The notes beneath the pieces are model-generated. The model was not told the DNA's origin. It was given only the letters and a program-made list of their open reading frames with translations, and searched no databases. Positions 47,093 to 58,875 of a DNA stretch of 64,000 nt are shown in pieces. Made by a program: the position numbers and the translations under genes. Origin of the DNA: Oikopleura dioica. Taxonomy: Eukaryota; Animalia; Chordata. Each line of letters opens with the position of its first letter. Within the stretch, counting starts at the first letter, position 1. The stretch lies in assembly GCA_907165135.1 (NCBI GenBank), contig OU015566.1:3472001-3536000 (forward strand), in the 5' to 3' direction.

Positions 47093-48145
47093 ATGGCTAA
47101 AACAGTGATTATTACCGGCAGTTCGAGAGGAATTGGTGCTGCGACGGCGATTTTATTCGCAAAGAAGGGATTCAATGTCGTGGTACAGGGAAGAAACAAA
47201 GAGAAATTGCAGCAAGTCAAGGAAGAATGCGACAAAGCTGGGGCGGCAGGAGTTTTGGCCATAGAAATGGAGCTTTCAAACACCCAAGGTGAATTATTTT
47301 TGATAAAAAATTGAGCTAAATTTAAGAACTATTTTAAGATCTGCCTCGATTGGTCACCGAAACAGTCGAAAAATTCGGCGGTCTTGATGTTCTCGTCAAC
47401 AATGCTGCCCTTGGAACGATCGGATGCAATCTTGAAAACACCACGGCAGAAATGATGGACGCTGTTTTGAATGTGAACATCAAGGCGCCGATTTTGATCA
47501 CTCAGTCTGCCATGCCTCATTTGAAGAAAACAAGAGGAGCGATTGTTAATGTTTCCTCGATGGTTTCGCATGTCAGGACGAATAGTTAGTTACAGCGAAT
47601 TTTCAAAGGCCTGACTTGATTTTCAAAGGAAAAAAAAGATATTTTTTTTACCGAAAAATAATATTTTTTTTTCTACTTTTATCCTTTTTTTTCAGATTTC
47701 TTCCCGTACGCAATTTCAAAAGCCGCCCTGGATCAATTCTCGTTGATTTTGTCAGGCAACTACGCCCCTGATGGAATTCGAGTAAATACAGTGCGCCCGG
47801 CCGCTGTGGCCACTGACATTTGGGAAACTTCTGGCGTTCCAAAGGAGATGCTCCCAGCGCTTGTGCAGATGGAAGCGGCAAAACAGCCATGTACTGGAAT
47901 GCTTACTGCAGAAGAAATTGCTCAGGATCAGTTTTTTTTTTGGCGAAAAACATTCATAATTGACAATCTCTGGCCCAAAATTTCGATTAAAAGTAGAAAT
48001 TTTTGGCGCGAGTTTTGAAAACTGAAGGAAGGCAATTTGGATGTGCTGCGATCCTGCTCTGCCCAGCATGACAGGCCAAAACATCACCATCCATGGCGGC
48101 CGAATCGAAGACAAACCGTGGGTCAACCCAATGGCCCCTCAATAA
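47093..48145 (+). CDS. Classical short-chain dehydrogenase/reductase (SDR), copy B
   Basis: TGSSRGIG, NNAA, VSS, YAISK, VNTVRP, and TGQNITIHGG. The last intron is GA-AG (47926-48031). Confidence 0.9.
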
Positions 48146-48359
48146 AGAATTTTTTTCCTGTAAGAAAAAAATTTTACAGTAATAAAGACTTCCATTCTTT
48201 ATTTCTTTCAGACTTTGGTTGAATTCAAGGATTCATCCTTGTTAAGTTTTTGCAAACGCAAATGTTTGCCTACGTTTAATTTCATTTGCTGAGTCTGCTT
48301 GTTTTTTTTTATTTTTGCAAACAAAAGGGAGATTAAAAGAGCGATAATAAAAATAATAA

Positions 48360-50112
48360 ATGGCAAAAGTAAGCTTTTTTGAATTAAAAATAAATTTGTC
48401 AGAGACAATTTTTTATTAAAAATATTCAAGACTGCGATCATCACTGGAAGCTCACGTGGTATTGGTGCTGCTTCAGCGATTTTATTTGCGAAGAAGGGAT
48501 TCAATGTCGTCCTCCAAGGGCGGAACAAGGAAAAACTCCAAGGAATCAAGGAAGAGTGCGAAAAAGCCGGAGCCGCGGGAGTTTTGGTCGTCGAACTTGA
48601 GCTTTCAAACCATGCTGGTTCGTTCGGGTAGTAGGGGGTTATCATTAGGGTAAATCACTAGTATTTTCCACTTTTTTTCTTGCTAAGTAGAGTAGGCATA
48701 TAAAATCTTTTTATAATCCTCAGAAGCTGAGGATCATTTTGATAATTGATAGTGGGGGGTCATCTCGTACCCTGAGGGCATTCTGGTACCCGGAAGTCCC
48801 AAAATGTGGCCAACTTCGGAAATTCGAATTTTCGAGGCCGTAGACGTCTAAAAAGCTTAGTTACGACCTCGAAAATTCGAATTTCCGAAGTTGGCCAAAT
48901 TTTGGGAATTCCGGGATACAAGAATGCCTTCAGGGTACGAGATGACTCCCGACTATCAATAGTCAAAATGATCCTCAGCTTCTTGGGATTATAAAAAGGT
49001 ATTATATCATATAATTTATATGCCTACTCTACTTAGCAAGAAAAAAGGTGGAAAATATTAGTGATTTACCCTAGTTATCATTCGAGCTGCCCCTAACCCT
49101 AAACCTAACCCAGGGGGCTACGCCCCCCCCCCCGGGACCCCACACATAAGGCCTTAACCAGGGGGCTTCGCCCCCCGGACCCCCCCTTAAGAGTTCCCAG
49201 TCCCTAACCCTAACCACTAGCTCAGATTCTAGAGATCTTGGATAGCTCGAATCATAGGCTCGATTCGAGCCGCTCGAATGATAGCCCCTCTCTTCGTCGT
49301 TCGTTCTATTGATAAACTGATTATGATTAGATCTCCCTCGAGTGGTCGACGAAACCATCGAAACATTCGGCGGCCTGGATGTTCTTGTCAACAATGCAGG
49401 AATCGGCTTCTTCACGAATCTCGAAGAAGTGACTGGAGAGATGATGGACATGGTTTTGGGAGTCAATCTCAAGGCGCCAATTTTGATTTCGAAAGCGGCG
49501 ATGCCGCATTTGAAGAAATCGAGAGGGGCCATTGTTAATGTTTCCTCCCTCGCGTCTCATATTCGAAGCAACAGTAAGAAAATTTTTTTGTTATTTTTTT
49601 TTGAATAACATTTTTGAGATTACTTGGCGTATGCGATTTCCAAGGCCGCGCTTGATCAGTTCTCGTTGATTTTGTCGGGCAACTACGCCCCCGACGGAGT
49701 TCGAGTAAATACAGTTCGCCCAGCCGCGGTGGCAACTGACATGTTAGTAACTTCGGGTGTTCCAAAGGAGATGCTTCCAGCGCTTGTCCAGATGAGTGCG
49801 GCAAAACAGCCATGTAACGGGATTCTTTCTGTGGAAGAAGTTGCTCAGGAACAGCTTTTGATACAACAAAATAGGGGTCTTAGATGATTTTTGTCCATAA
49901 AATTGCCCTTTATTTTGCAAAAAAAAGTGACAATTTTTATCTTTGATGTCGATTGAAAGAAAAAAATTTTGGGCGGGAAATTCAAAATCTGAAAACAGGC
50001 AATTTGGAAGTGCTGCGATCCTGCTCTTCCCAGCATGACAGGCCAAAACATCACCATCCACGGAGGCCGAATCGAAGACAAACCATGGGTCAACCCAATG
50101 GCTCCCCAATAG
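48360..50112 (+). CDS. Classical SDR, copy C
   Basis: Same motifs as copy B (TGSSRGIG, NNAG, YAISK). Intron 2 is expanded by nested MITEs; the last intron is GA-AG (49849-49998). Confidence 0.9.
48633..49289. mobile_element. Host MITE with CCCTAA tracts and GC hairpins, interrupted in its left TIR by the hAT-type MITE
   Basis: Removing 48646-49081 restores GGGGTTATCATTCGAGC, which is complementary to GCTCGAATGATAGCCCCT at 49272-49289. The interior holds CCTAACCCTAA and GGGGGCTTCGCCCCCC, as in the 10805 element. Confidence 0.65.
48646..49073. mobile_element. 428-bp palindromic hAT-type MITE with an 8-bp TSD
   Basis: GTTATCAT|TAGGGTAAATCACTA ... TAGTGATTTACCCTA|GTTATCAT; nearly the whole element folds back on itself. 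Confidence 0.9.
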
Positions 50113-50301
50113 AAACACCCTCATTCTGTCATTAATACTGTATTACTGTCAGTAATAAAGAATTCGTTTCGGACCTTGATGTTACGCAAGCTTTTTCGTT
50201 CACGGAGGAAAGGAGGTGTTTGCATTCAATAAAATTAACGGGAAGCAAATATCGCGAGTTAAATAAGCCGACAAGTGCGGTATTCGCACAGATCGTTAGA
50301 G

Positions 50302-51990
50302 ATGTATTTCGCGTGGATTTTGCTCATTTCTTCTTTTGAAGCTTTTCGACCCAAGCCCCGCGCTGATTGCCCGTAAGACAATTTTAACAGAAAAGATGAT
50401 AGCTCGAAATTAATTTCAAAATATAAAACGAAATTTTCAATTTAAGTCCAAATTCGATCGTAAAATTCAGGGATGAAGACCTTGCTCTTACTTGTGATTC
50501 GTATTGCTACAAGGACTTTGTCGAATGTAAGGACTCATGCTTGTCAAGTGGCTGCGAACGTGAATGTTTGGCTACGTACACCGGTATTTACTGACTCGTA
50601 AAATGCCCTTCCAAATTCTTCTTTCCATAGATTGCTATGAAGTCTGCCCTTGCTTTTCCAAGTGCCCTCTTGGCTGTGCTGACTGCGACAATTCGATATG
50701 TTCCTGTGTTTCTCCTCAAGAAAACAACAGTCTGTACAAGCAGTGCATCGACGAGGCATCGACTGAATTTACTGGATGCGTCAAAAACTGCACCGCGAGC
50801 CCGACCTGTTATGAAAATTGCTTTTCCGGTTTCATGAAAGAAAGCGAAAAATGTCCCTGTAATGCGAAGTGCGAGCTTGGCTGTCCGTGCGATGATGGAT
50901 ACAAGTGTCAACCGTTCATCACCGCTATTTGCCAGTACAGCTCGAATCATTTTGGATATGTCATGTCTGCGGATGGACATTACAAGGAAGATCGATTCTA
51001 CAACAGTCCCCAAGGAATGGCTTTTATCTTTCTAAAATTCATAATAATTTGATTTAATTGATAAAAGCTTGAACAGGAAGCTATCCATTTCTTCATCGAG
51101 CTGGACATGCTCTTCTCAACGGCCAGATGATGATTTTCGGCGGAGATCAAGACTCAAAGAAGGTGAATTAATTATTTTTTTCATCGAATTAATCAAATTA
51201 AGATCGGACGAATTGACGGCTGCGACCTCGTCGACACTGGAAAACGACTTATAAACAATTTTTACTCTTATTATGGAGCGCTTGTTACGGTCCCCGAGGT
51301 CCACGAGGAAACGATTTTGTGCGAAGGATACAATGGAAAGTCCTGCGAAAGCTTCGATGGAAGTGTTTCATTGGCCATCAGCGAGACGAAAGAACAACAT
51401 CAATACAGTTGTATGGCGCTTTACGAAAATCAGGCCTTGATTATTGCTGGAAGTTATACAAATGGAACGGAGGTTCTCAGCGTCAGGTAAGATAGTAGAT
51501 AAAATTAGCAAATTAAATAATTTTCAGTGGCTGGCAATCAGAAGCTGAACATCCAGAAGGAGATCTTTATGGGCTCTCATGCGCTTCAGTTGATGGTGGA
51601 GTTCTCACGATTGGTGGTTATAGCGGTGGCTATAAGAAAACTGTTTATTTGTTCAAGAATGAGCAATGGACTCTTGTCGGCGAATTGAAAAATGTAATTT
51701 TTAATTTTTTACAACTTTTCTATTTTCAGAATTTTTATTTTGGGTCGATGATGATGTTTGATGATTATTTTATTGCTTTTGATGGTTACGGGTACATTAA
51801 TCACGATTGAACATTTATCTTAATCAAATTAAGTGATTATCAAGTTGAACGCGCCGAATGGAATGGCACTCACGTGACATCCTCTCAAACCCTCTCTTCG
51901 CACGAAGTTGGCTGCTACCGTCCGATTGTTTTCGAATCCGACCCAGATCAATGCTCTCAGTTTTGCTCCAACGATTTCTGCTACGTCTAA
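50302..51990 (+). CDS. Secreted Cys-rich repeat plus Kelch/beta-propeller-like protein
   Basis: Signal peptide MYFAWILLISSFEA; repeats such as CPCFSKCPLGCADCDNSICSC and CPCNAKCELGCPCDDGYKC; blade-like segments (MMIFGG, ALIIAG, VLTIGG); ends VVFESDPDQCSQFCSNDFCYV*. Confidence 0.75.
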
Positions 51991-52109
51991 CTCTCTTTAT
52001 CAATAAATTCCACGACTCACTTACCAATCTCCCCTGTCGCTTAGACTTCAAGATCCAGCTCAGGCTTAAAAACGAGTTTTTTTTCGTTAGAACGTGTTCG
52101 CATTTAGCA

Positions 52110-55100
52110 ATGCCAGAAAAAGAGGAAGAAAAAAATGTGTCAGGTGGAATTCGCTCCGAAGACATTTCGATAAAAATCACGTTTTACACGAATTGAGCTG
52201 ATAAAGATGCGTTTAACTTGAATAACGCCACCTATCAGTTGGAAAGCGTTTCATTCTCCATTCAATTTGATTTCGAGTTTCACTATTTTTGATCTGAAAG
52301 ACGATCGAATTTTTTGAACCATTATGAAGTGGCTAAAGAAGAGAAAATCGACCCCCAGCGAGCTGAAAAAGTAAGAATCCTGCTTCTATCCCTCTTAAAT
52401 CGTAATTCTAGCGCTCCTTCTTGTACAAAAACATTCGATTCTGGCCTTGGCCGGACTGCTTCAACATCTACTTATGGCGAGAATGAGTCAACAGCTGGAA
52501 GAGGGTTGATAAAGTTGACCTCTGAGCTTTTCATGGCTATGGTTTCACAAAAAAAGGGCTTTCCGGATCGAGAAAAAGTAGGTGAAATCATGGAAGAGAA
52601 TATAAAACACTGGCTTTGCCGTTTGATTCCAGCGCGGAAGATGTTTGCCACAGCGCTGTTCTCAAGAAACATGCTCAAATCGTACTCAATCCAATCAAAT
52701 CGCCCCGCAAATAGAAAAATAGGCGATCTTTTCGAAAAAATTGTGAGCAAAAAAAAGTTTGACGAATTATCCGGCTCCCAACTCGAGCTGTGGGAGCTCA
52801 TTTTTGGCACCACCGGAAATATCGTCCTGGAACGAAGAATGTATCCAGAAGAGCGACCCTTGATCCATTCCGCTTTTCTCCGATCCGTCAGCGGCTACGA
52901 GCGAAAATTCGAACTGAAAGAGTCTCGCTTTATCAATGAAATCTACGCTTCGCTTCCGACGTTGATGAAGACTTCTCCGGATCTTCAGCCGTTGGAAAAG
53001 ACGATATCCGTTGCTGAGCCGGAACCGAAATCGGTCGGTCTTGACCCGGTTTCTTCGCTGCAAACGGTTTCGGAGAGAGATGAATCGTCACTTTACTCGG
53101 ACTTCGATAGTGATGAAGAGATTGAAGTTGTTGATCGAGGGACTTGGACTCTTCCAAAAGGTGAATATAAAAGCAGAAGGATAAAAAAGGTGTATCCTTG
53201 TTCATCCTCTAAATTGATGCATGTGAACCTTTGTTCATCTTTTAGGCCACGTAGCCTTTCCATGAGTCCCCGATTTTTTTAAGTTTTCGATTATTATATT
53301 TGCTGCGCTCAATTTTCATGAACAGAAAGGCCACGTGGCGAAAAGGATGAACAAGGGCTCACTTGCAAAAATTTAAGGACGAACAAGGACACCCTACTTT
53401 TATTTCAAATCAACCCCTTTGAAAACCCAAAACCAAACATTTATCCCAAGCCACGTGCGATCAAAATGTGCAGACCGAAGCATCCGATTTAGATTTGACA
53501 TTTTCATTTGGCGAAATCAAGAGCGACTCGGATCCCGACTCCGGCATGCAGGTAAATTAATCCCTCTCACTTTTTTTTTCACTCAGAGGAATTCTTCGCG
53601 GCGTTTGTTTTGAAAGTTGCGTTCCAGCGCATCAAATTCAAGCCTGCGCTGAATTGAGAATTTTTTCTGCACAATCTTAAATTAGAATTTAAAAATTTCG
53701 TTTTCTTTAGGATTCAGAGGACGATGTGAGCTTGTTTGCGAAAATTGAGAAAAAGGCGAAAAAAAAAATGACCAAAGGTAAGTCATATTTTTTCAATAAA
53801 AGAGATGCGCCTTTTTTTCTTCACAAAAAAATAACAATCTAAATAAGGGTATCACTTCGTTAAAAATTATTTTTCTAGATACCGTCTCCATCACTGGCCC
53901 AGTTATCTTTATCCTGAAAGCGCCCCAACCAACCCGAGCTTTTCTCCAACTCGAGTCCGGAAAAGACTTTACTCTTGGCTCCGGCGAATCTGCTGATGAA
54001 AAATTCGAGTCCCTGGGAAAAGAGCACTTCAAAATCTGCGGCGTGGATCTCATCAGAAGACTTGGAAACAACCAAGTTGCTGTTAATGGCGTCCAAGTTT
54101 CCTCGACCGCGGTTCTTCGTCATTCCGACATGATCACATGCGCTGGCTACAAAATGGTCTATTTGAATCCCGACTACGATCCAATCAAAGAAAACCAAAT
54201 CTGCGAAAACTCAAATACCGAATCTTGCGAAGAAGAATTCTCGAAAAACTCGAAAAACACCGCCGAAAAACCGAAAATTACCGCGAAAATGAGCGCGGCC
54301 GATACTCTTTGGCGCCGGCGACTGGAAGAAAATGCGAATAAAACGCTGGTCGAGAAGAAAGAAGTGGAGACTGAAAATCCTGATCGACCGGTGATTCCGT
54401 TGACGGATAAGGAGATTCCGGAGAAGAGCAGGGCGATTAAATATCAAAGTGGAAAGGAGTTCGATATTTTGTACGAGCTGCTAGGGGCGGATTTTGAACA
54501 ATAGAAAATAAAATTCTAAAAAAAAATTTTAAAAATTTGAAAAATTTGAAAAACCCGCCAAAAAGGCCTCCAACCAGAAGAAAACCCGGAAAAACTCAGC
54601 CCTTCGGTCATCATCAATCTCTGCCTCCTCCATAGCCAGTCCCTTCAAACCGACGAGAAGGCAATTTTCATCGAAGCAGTCAAAACCTTGTTGAAAGAAA
54701 AAGAAACAGAGCTCGTCGGAAAAATCGAAAAATTCAAAACTGAAAAAGCCGGAGAAAAAACCGAGGCCGGAGCAATCGGACAAATGATCGCTCGACTTCC
54801 AGTTCTGCAAGAGCTTTTTTACTGGTCGTCGAATTCGGCCGAAATCTCGATTTTCTGGAAACGAGCGCTGTCGCTTCCAGAATCAGAGATTCTTCCCTTG
54901 ACGAATATGACCACGAGATTGGTTCAGAAGTGCGTCTCGCTGGCTTGCGACACGATGGTCAATCATATAGAAGAATTGCTGACAAAGAGTCCTTTTGAAA
55001 TGAGTGTTCCTTATGGAGTCATTAGCGTTCTAGCAAAGGGTTGAAAATGCAATTTTGAAGAAACCATAATTTTATATTTTTGAGATTTTGGCTTGAATTT

Positions 55101-56523
55101 TTATGAAATTGAATCGAGTGCATTATTTTCCAAACAGAACAATTTAAAGCTTACTCATTATTTTCGGGCCCTAGCTGGGCTTTTTTCTCAAAATCATCCC
55201 AACTCATTTCAACCCTCTTCTTCCAGATGGAACATACACCGCGATGACCGACACAAAACTGCCAAAAAGCCTCATCAAAAGCGCATTTAGATATCTTTTC
55301 ACAAGAGTGGTAAATCTGCTGATGGATCTGCTCACTGAAAACCCCTCGTATTCCAAACTCGAGTGGTCTCTTGGCGTTCGCCTTCGCGGCAATCTCGACA
55401 ACTTGGCGAAATGGGCCTCGTCCAAAGGGTTCGAATCAGAGTTTCAAAAAGCGAATACGAAAGTTTCCGAAGCGGCGGACTTGGTCGCTACACCTAGGGG
55501 ACAGCTAGGCCAAATTTGCTCGGCGGTGCAGTTGAGGAGAAGATATCCGAACTTGGGGGCTGGACAGATGGCCAAGATTCTCGCGAGATTGAATGATACG
55601 GACACGGAATTCGTCAAACCGATTGCGCAGGTAAAAATTTTCTGCATTTTTTCGGAAAAAACTCATCTTTAGGAGCTGAACGAATTGGCCTCCACACCAA
55701 TCAGTCGATTCGGTTCAACATTGAAAAACGATTCAAAAGCTCAAAAAATCTCGCTCTCTCCTCACGACAAGCCGCAAATCATGACTCTCCTCGACTCCGA
55801 CGAAATTCAGAGCTTCATAAACATCATCACTTACAAATTTGGGCCACCAAGAGCCGCTTGTTCCGAAGGAGTGACGAAAAAGAAACGAATGCGAGCGAAA
55901 ACGCCAAAGATTGAAATTCCAGTCTTTGAAGGGGGAGAAGAAGAAAGAGTTTCGATTAGAGTGGAGAGCGAGAATCAGAAACTAGGGTTGACGCTGACGT
56001 GTGGGCTCGATACGTTGTTGAAGAAAAAGGGGGTGTTTGTCAGATCGTTGGTTGAAAATGGAGCGGCGGAGAAAGCGGGAATGAAGATTGGGGATAGAAT
56101 TTTGAATGTGAATTACAGGGTAAGTCGGATTTGATGAATTTCAAAGTGATACCCTTAATTTTCTTGCTGAAAACGATTATTTTGATTATTTGGGAAAAGA
56201 TGCTCTTTCTTTGAGCTCAAATATTGGTGTATCGTTTGTGTGTATGTTGATGAAAATGTTTTCTAAATCAACGAGGTACAACTTTAGGTATAAATTGCTC
56301 CATTCTCGAAAATATCAATTTGAGTTTAAAAGTGAATATTTATGGTGTTCTTTTTTCTTTCTTCGTTTTTATTCTTTTTCAGGACATCGAGAATATGGAG
56401 TACTCCAGTGCGATAAAAGTCATCAGAGACTCTGGAAAGACGCTAAATTTGACGATTTCGCGGCAAGTCGAAGCTGTTAATCGCGAAAAACTGGCGGAAT
56501 TTATTCTCAATGACCTTATTTAA
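52110..56523 (+). CDS. RADIL/afadin-like FHA + Dilute + PDZ protein
   Basis: FHA-like IFLDTVSITGPVI...VAVNGVQVSSTAVLRHSDMITCAG; Dilute-like WSLGVRLRGNLDNLAKW..ADLVATPRGQL; C-terminal PDZ KLGLTL..VFVRSLVENGAAEKAGMKIGDRILNVN. No RA domain was recognised. Confidence 0.75.
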
Positions 56524-56738
56524 ACCCTTTTCATAGGAAGCTTCTGTAAATAAATTTTTCATATTCAACAAAAACGAGTTTTTTCCCAAGCGCTGAAAAA
56601 TTGCTGAATCGTCAACGACAGACGAGAAGTAGAGTGAATCTTCTCGTGCGCTTGTCAGATGGTGTCAAATTAAACCATTCAAAAGCAGGTAGAGCAGAAG
56701 AAAATAGGAGTTTGGAATAAGAGAGAGAGAGAGAAAAA

Positions 56739-57161
56739 ATGACGTACTCTATGATTTTTCTTTTCGTTTTTGTGATATTTGTCTGGCAAGTTCAAGGAAA
56801 AGGGCAGAAATCATGATTCATTATGGATGTTTTTGGAACTTTGTTTTCCTGGATCGGCGATTGGCCTACTGGTCGAATGGGTAAATTTTATTGGTCCGAT
56901 TTTTTTCGCTAAAAATCGTCGATTCTTGCCGCCTCCCAAGTTTTAGACCAATCAGATTTGTGCATTCGGCAGGTAGGCCAATCAGATTTCATAAAAAATA
57001 TGTGGAAAACTCGAAAAATACAGTAAAAGCCCTCTAAAGCTGGTGTGATGTCAATGTACTACCTCCTTGGCGATTCTGACAGCGAGAAGAAGGCTGATTT
57101 CATCAAATCTTTTGTCAATGAACTTTCGACCGTACGAAACCCTCGCGAACCTTATTATTGA
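56739..57161 (+). CDS. Small two-exon secreted protein with an in-frame TGA at codon 26
   Basis: MTYSMIFLFVFVIFVWQVQGKGQKS-TGA(56814)-FIMDVFGTLFSWIGDWPTGRM joins by a GT-AG intron to AGVMSMYYLLGDSDSEKKADFIKSFVNELSTVRNPREPYY*. Confidence 0.5.
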
Positions 57162-57381
57162 TTCCCTGTAATAAAGAAAGAAATGACCTGTTTAAAAATA
57201 TATCTCAGAAAAGTCACTTCTTTGATTTCAAACAGAAGTGTGGTAATTTGTATAGCAGATTTGTAAAAGATTATTTATGCACGCTGATGAATAGGTTTCG
57301 TCATTCAACCTCTCGGCGCGTGAATAAAGAAAGGGTATAAATTGAGCCAGACGAGGCAAATACCAATCAGTACTACAGATA

Positions 57382-58028
57382 ATGAGGGTTTCGGTAATAC
57401 TATTCAGTCTTCTGATCGCAGTTTCATCTGCTCATGTAAAAAGGTAGATACTTCATTTTTCTCGAAAATGATTACAAAGTGACACCCTTAATTGATTGCC
57501 AATTCGGTTTTTCCTATTGTAACTTTCTATCTTCTTGGATTATAAAATCGTTCAGATTTCCGAATTACAAGCAGAATAAACAGCGTCAGTACATGGTTCT
57601 CGTCCGACGCGGAAATTTCTACCTCAGACCGCTTGGAAAAGATCCTGATGGTCAAAAATCATCAATGATCATTCTGAAATAAACCCACCAGTCTTCAGCA
57701 TTGAATACAGTCGTTGTTGTATCGAGAAAGAAAGGTTTGGTCATTCAACCTTTCAGACGGAAAGATTCGGTTCGTTAATTATGAACAAAAAGGTTCATAA
57801 AAGGATAAGTTCAGCTTTAACCCGAAAGACTCAAGAGCTGAATATTTGTTGAAAAATGAGATTTTTGCTTGTTATCTTCTTCTTCGGTTCAATTTCCAAT
57901 GCTTTTATGAAAATATTCCCGAATTACATGAAGGGTAACAATTTCAACCCCAACGGACATTTCTTCTTCAGGACAATCGGCAAAGAACCCGGAAGTGGAA
58001 AATCAACGATGAATATTTTGAAATAGAG
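57382..58028 (+). CDS. Putative small secreted protein; 3' exons unresolved
   Basis: Signal exon MRVSVILFSLLIAVSSAHVKR splices in phase 2 to FPNYKQNKQRQYMVLVRRGNFYLRPLGKDPD. Confidence 0.45.
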
Positions 58029-58242
58029 TCGTTCAAAATTTTTTCTTCAATAAAGTACCAAGCATCTTACCATGTATTTTCATTGAAGTTTTCATCGAAC
58101 ATTTGAGTCGAATTGCATCATATCAAGAAATTTTCTAGAAGAATCTTCCCGCGCGCGTTTATTGGCCGCGTCGATTTTGCTTTCCATCGACCCGAGTAAA
58201 AACTCAAAATCTCCAAAAATAAAGAGACAAAAAATAAGAGAA

Positions 58243-58471
58243 ATGCTCGCTAAAAACATCACCAACATTTCAAAAATCGCAGTTCGTCAGGCTTCCAACG
58301 GCAAGAAAGTCGGCACCACTGTAAGTTCCAAAAAAAAAAATTAAATGTAAAATTTGATGATCGTGAATACTCATGGCGAAATTTTAGGTGGCTGGTTTGG
58401 CCGGTGTCAGTTTTGCTGCTTATGCTTTCCTTTGCCCTCACTCCTTCCTCAATGCTGGCAAAGAAAATTGA
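58243..58471 (+). CDS. ~54-aa mitochondrial single-TM microprotein (COX8-like?)
   Basis: MLAKNITNISKIAVRQASNGKKVGTT|VAGLAGVSFAAYAFLCPHSFLNAGKEN*: a basic presequence with RQAS, one TM segment, and a canonical GTAAGT..TTAG intron. Confidence 0.6.
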
Positions 58472-58875
58472 TGATGAAGATGATTGTACTGTAATTTTGC
58501 CTCGAAAATGATGTAACAAAAGCTTACGAATAAATTTCAATTTCACACTGTCATTTTCGGTTTTATTTAAAAATCCCGAAAGTGGATCGCTCCGAGCCTA
58601 CCCCGGGCACGTTTTGGTAAGGGTGGTCACGTTATTCGAGTCGGATTGGGAGGAACCCCGCCTCCTCTTCGAATCGCGTCCAATCGAAAGTAGCGCAGTG
58701 CCACCAAGAGGGGGCGATTTCGCGGTGTAGGGTGGCTAAAGAGAAAAATAGAGAGAAAGCTTCTTTACCCTAAATAAGGATCTCCACGTCAACTTGATGC
58801 AGAATAAGGGTAGGGCCTTGATAGTAAAATATCAGAAAGAATTCAAAAATAGAAGATATCTTGAAAAATTTCTAG

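Noticed and set aside
57555-58028. Divergent FGF/beta-trefoil identity for the secreted gene
   Set aside because: The resemblance is faint and depends on uncertain splicing, including an implausible 22-nt intron.
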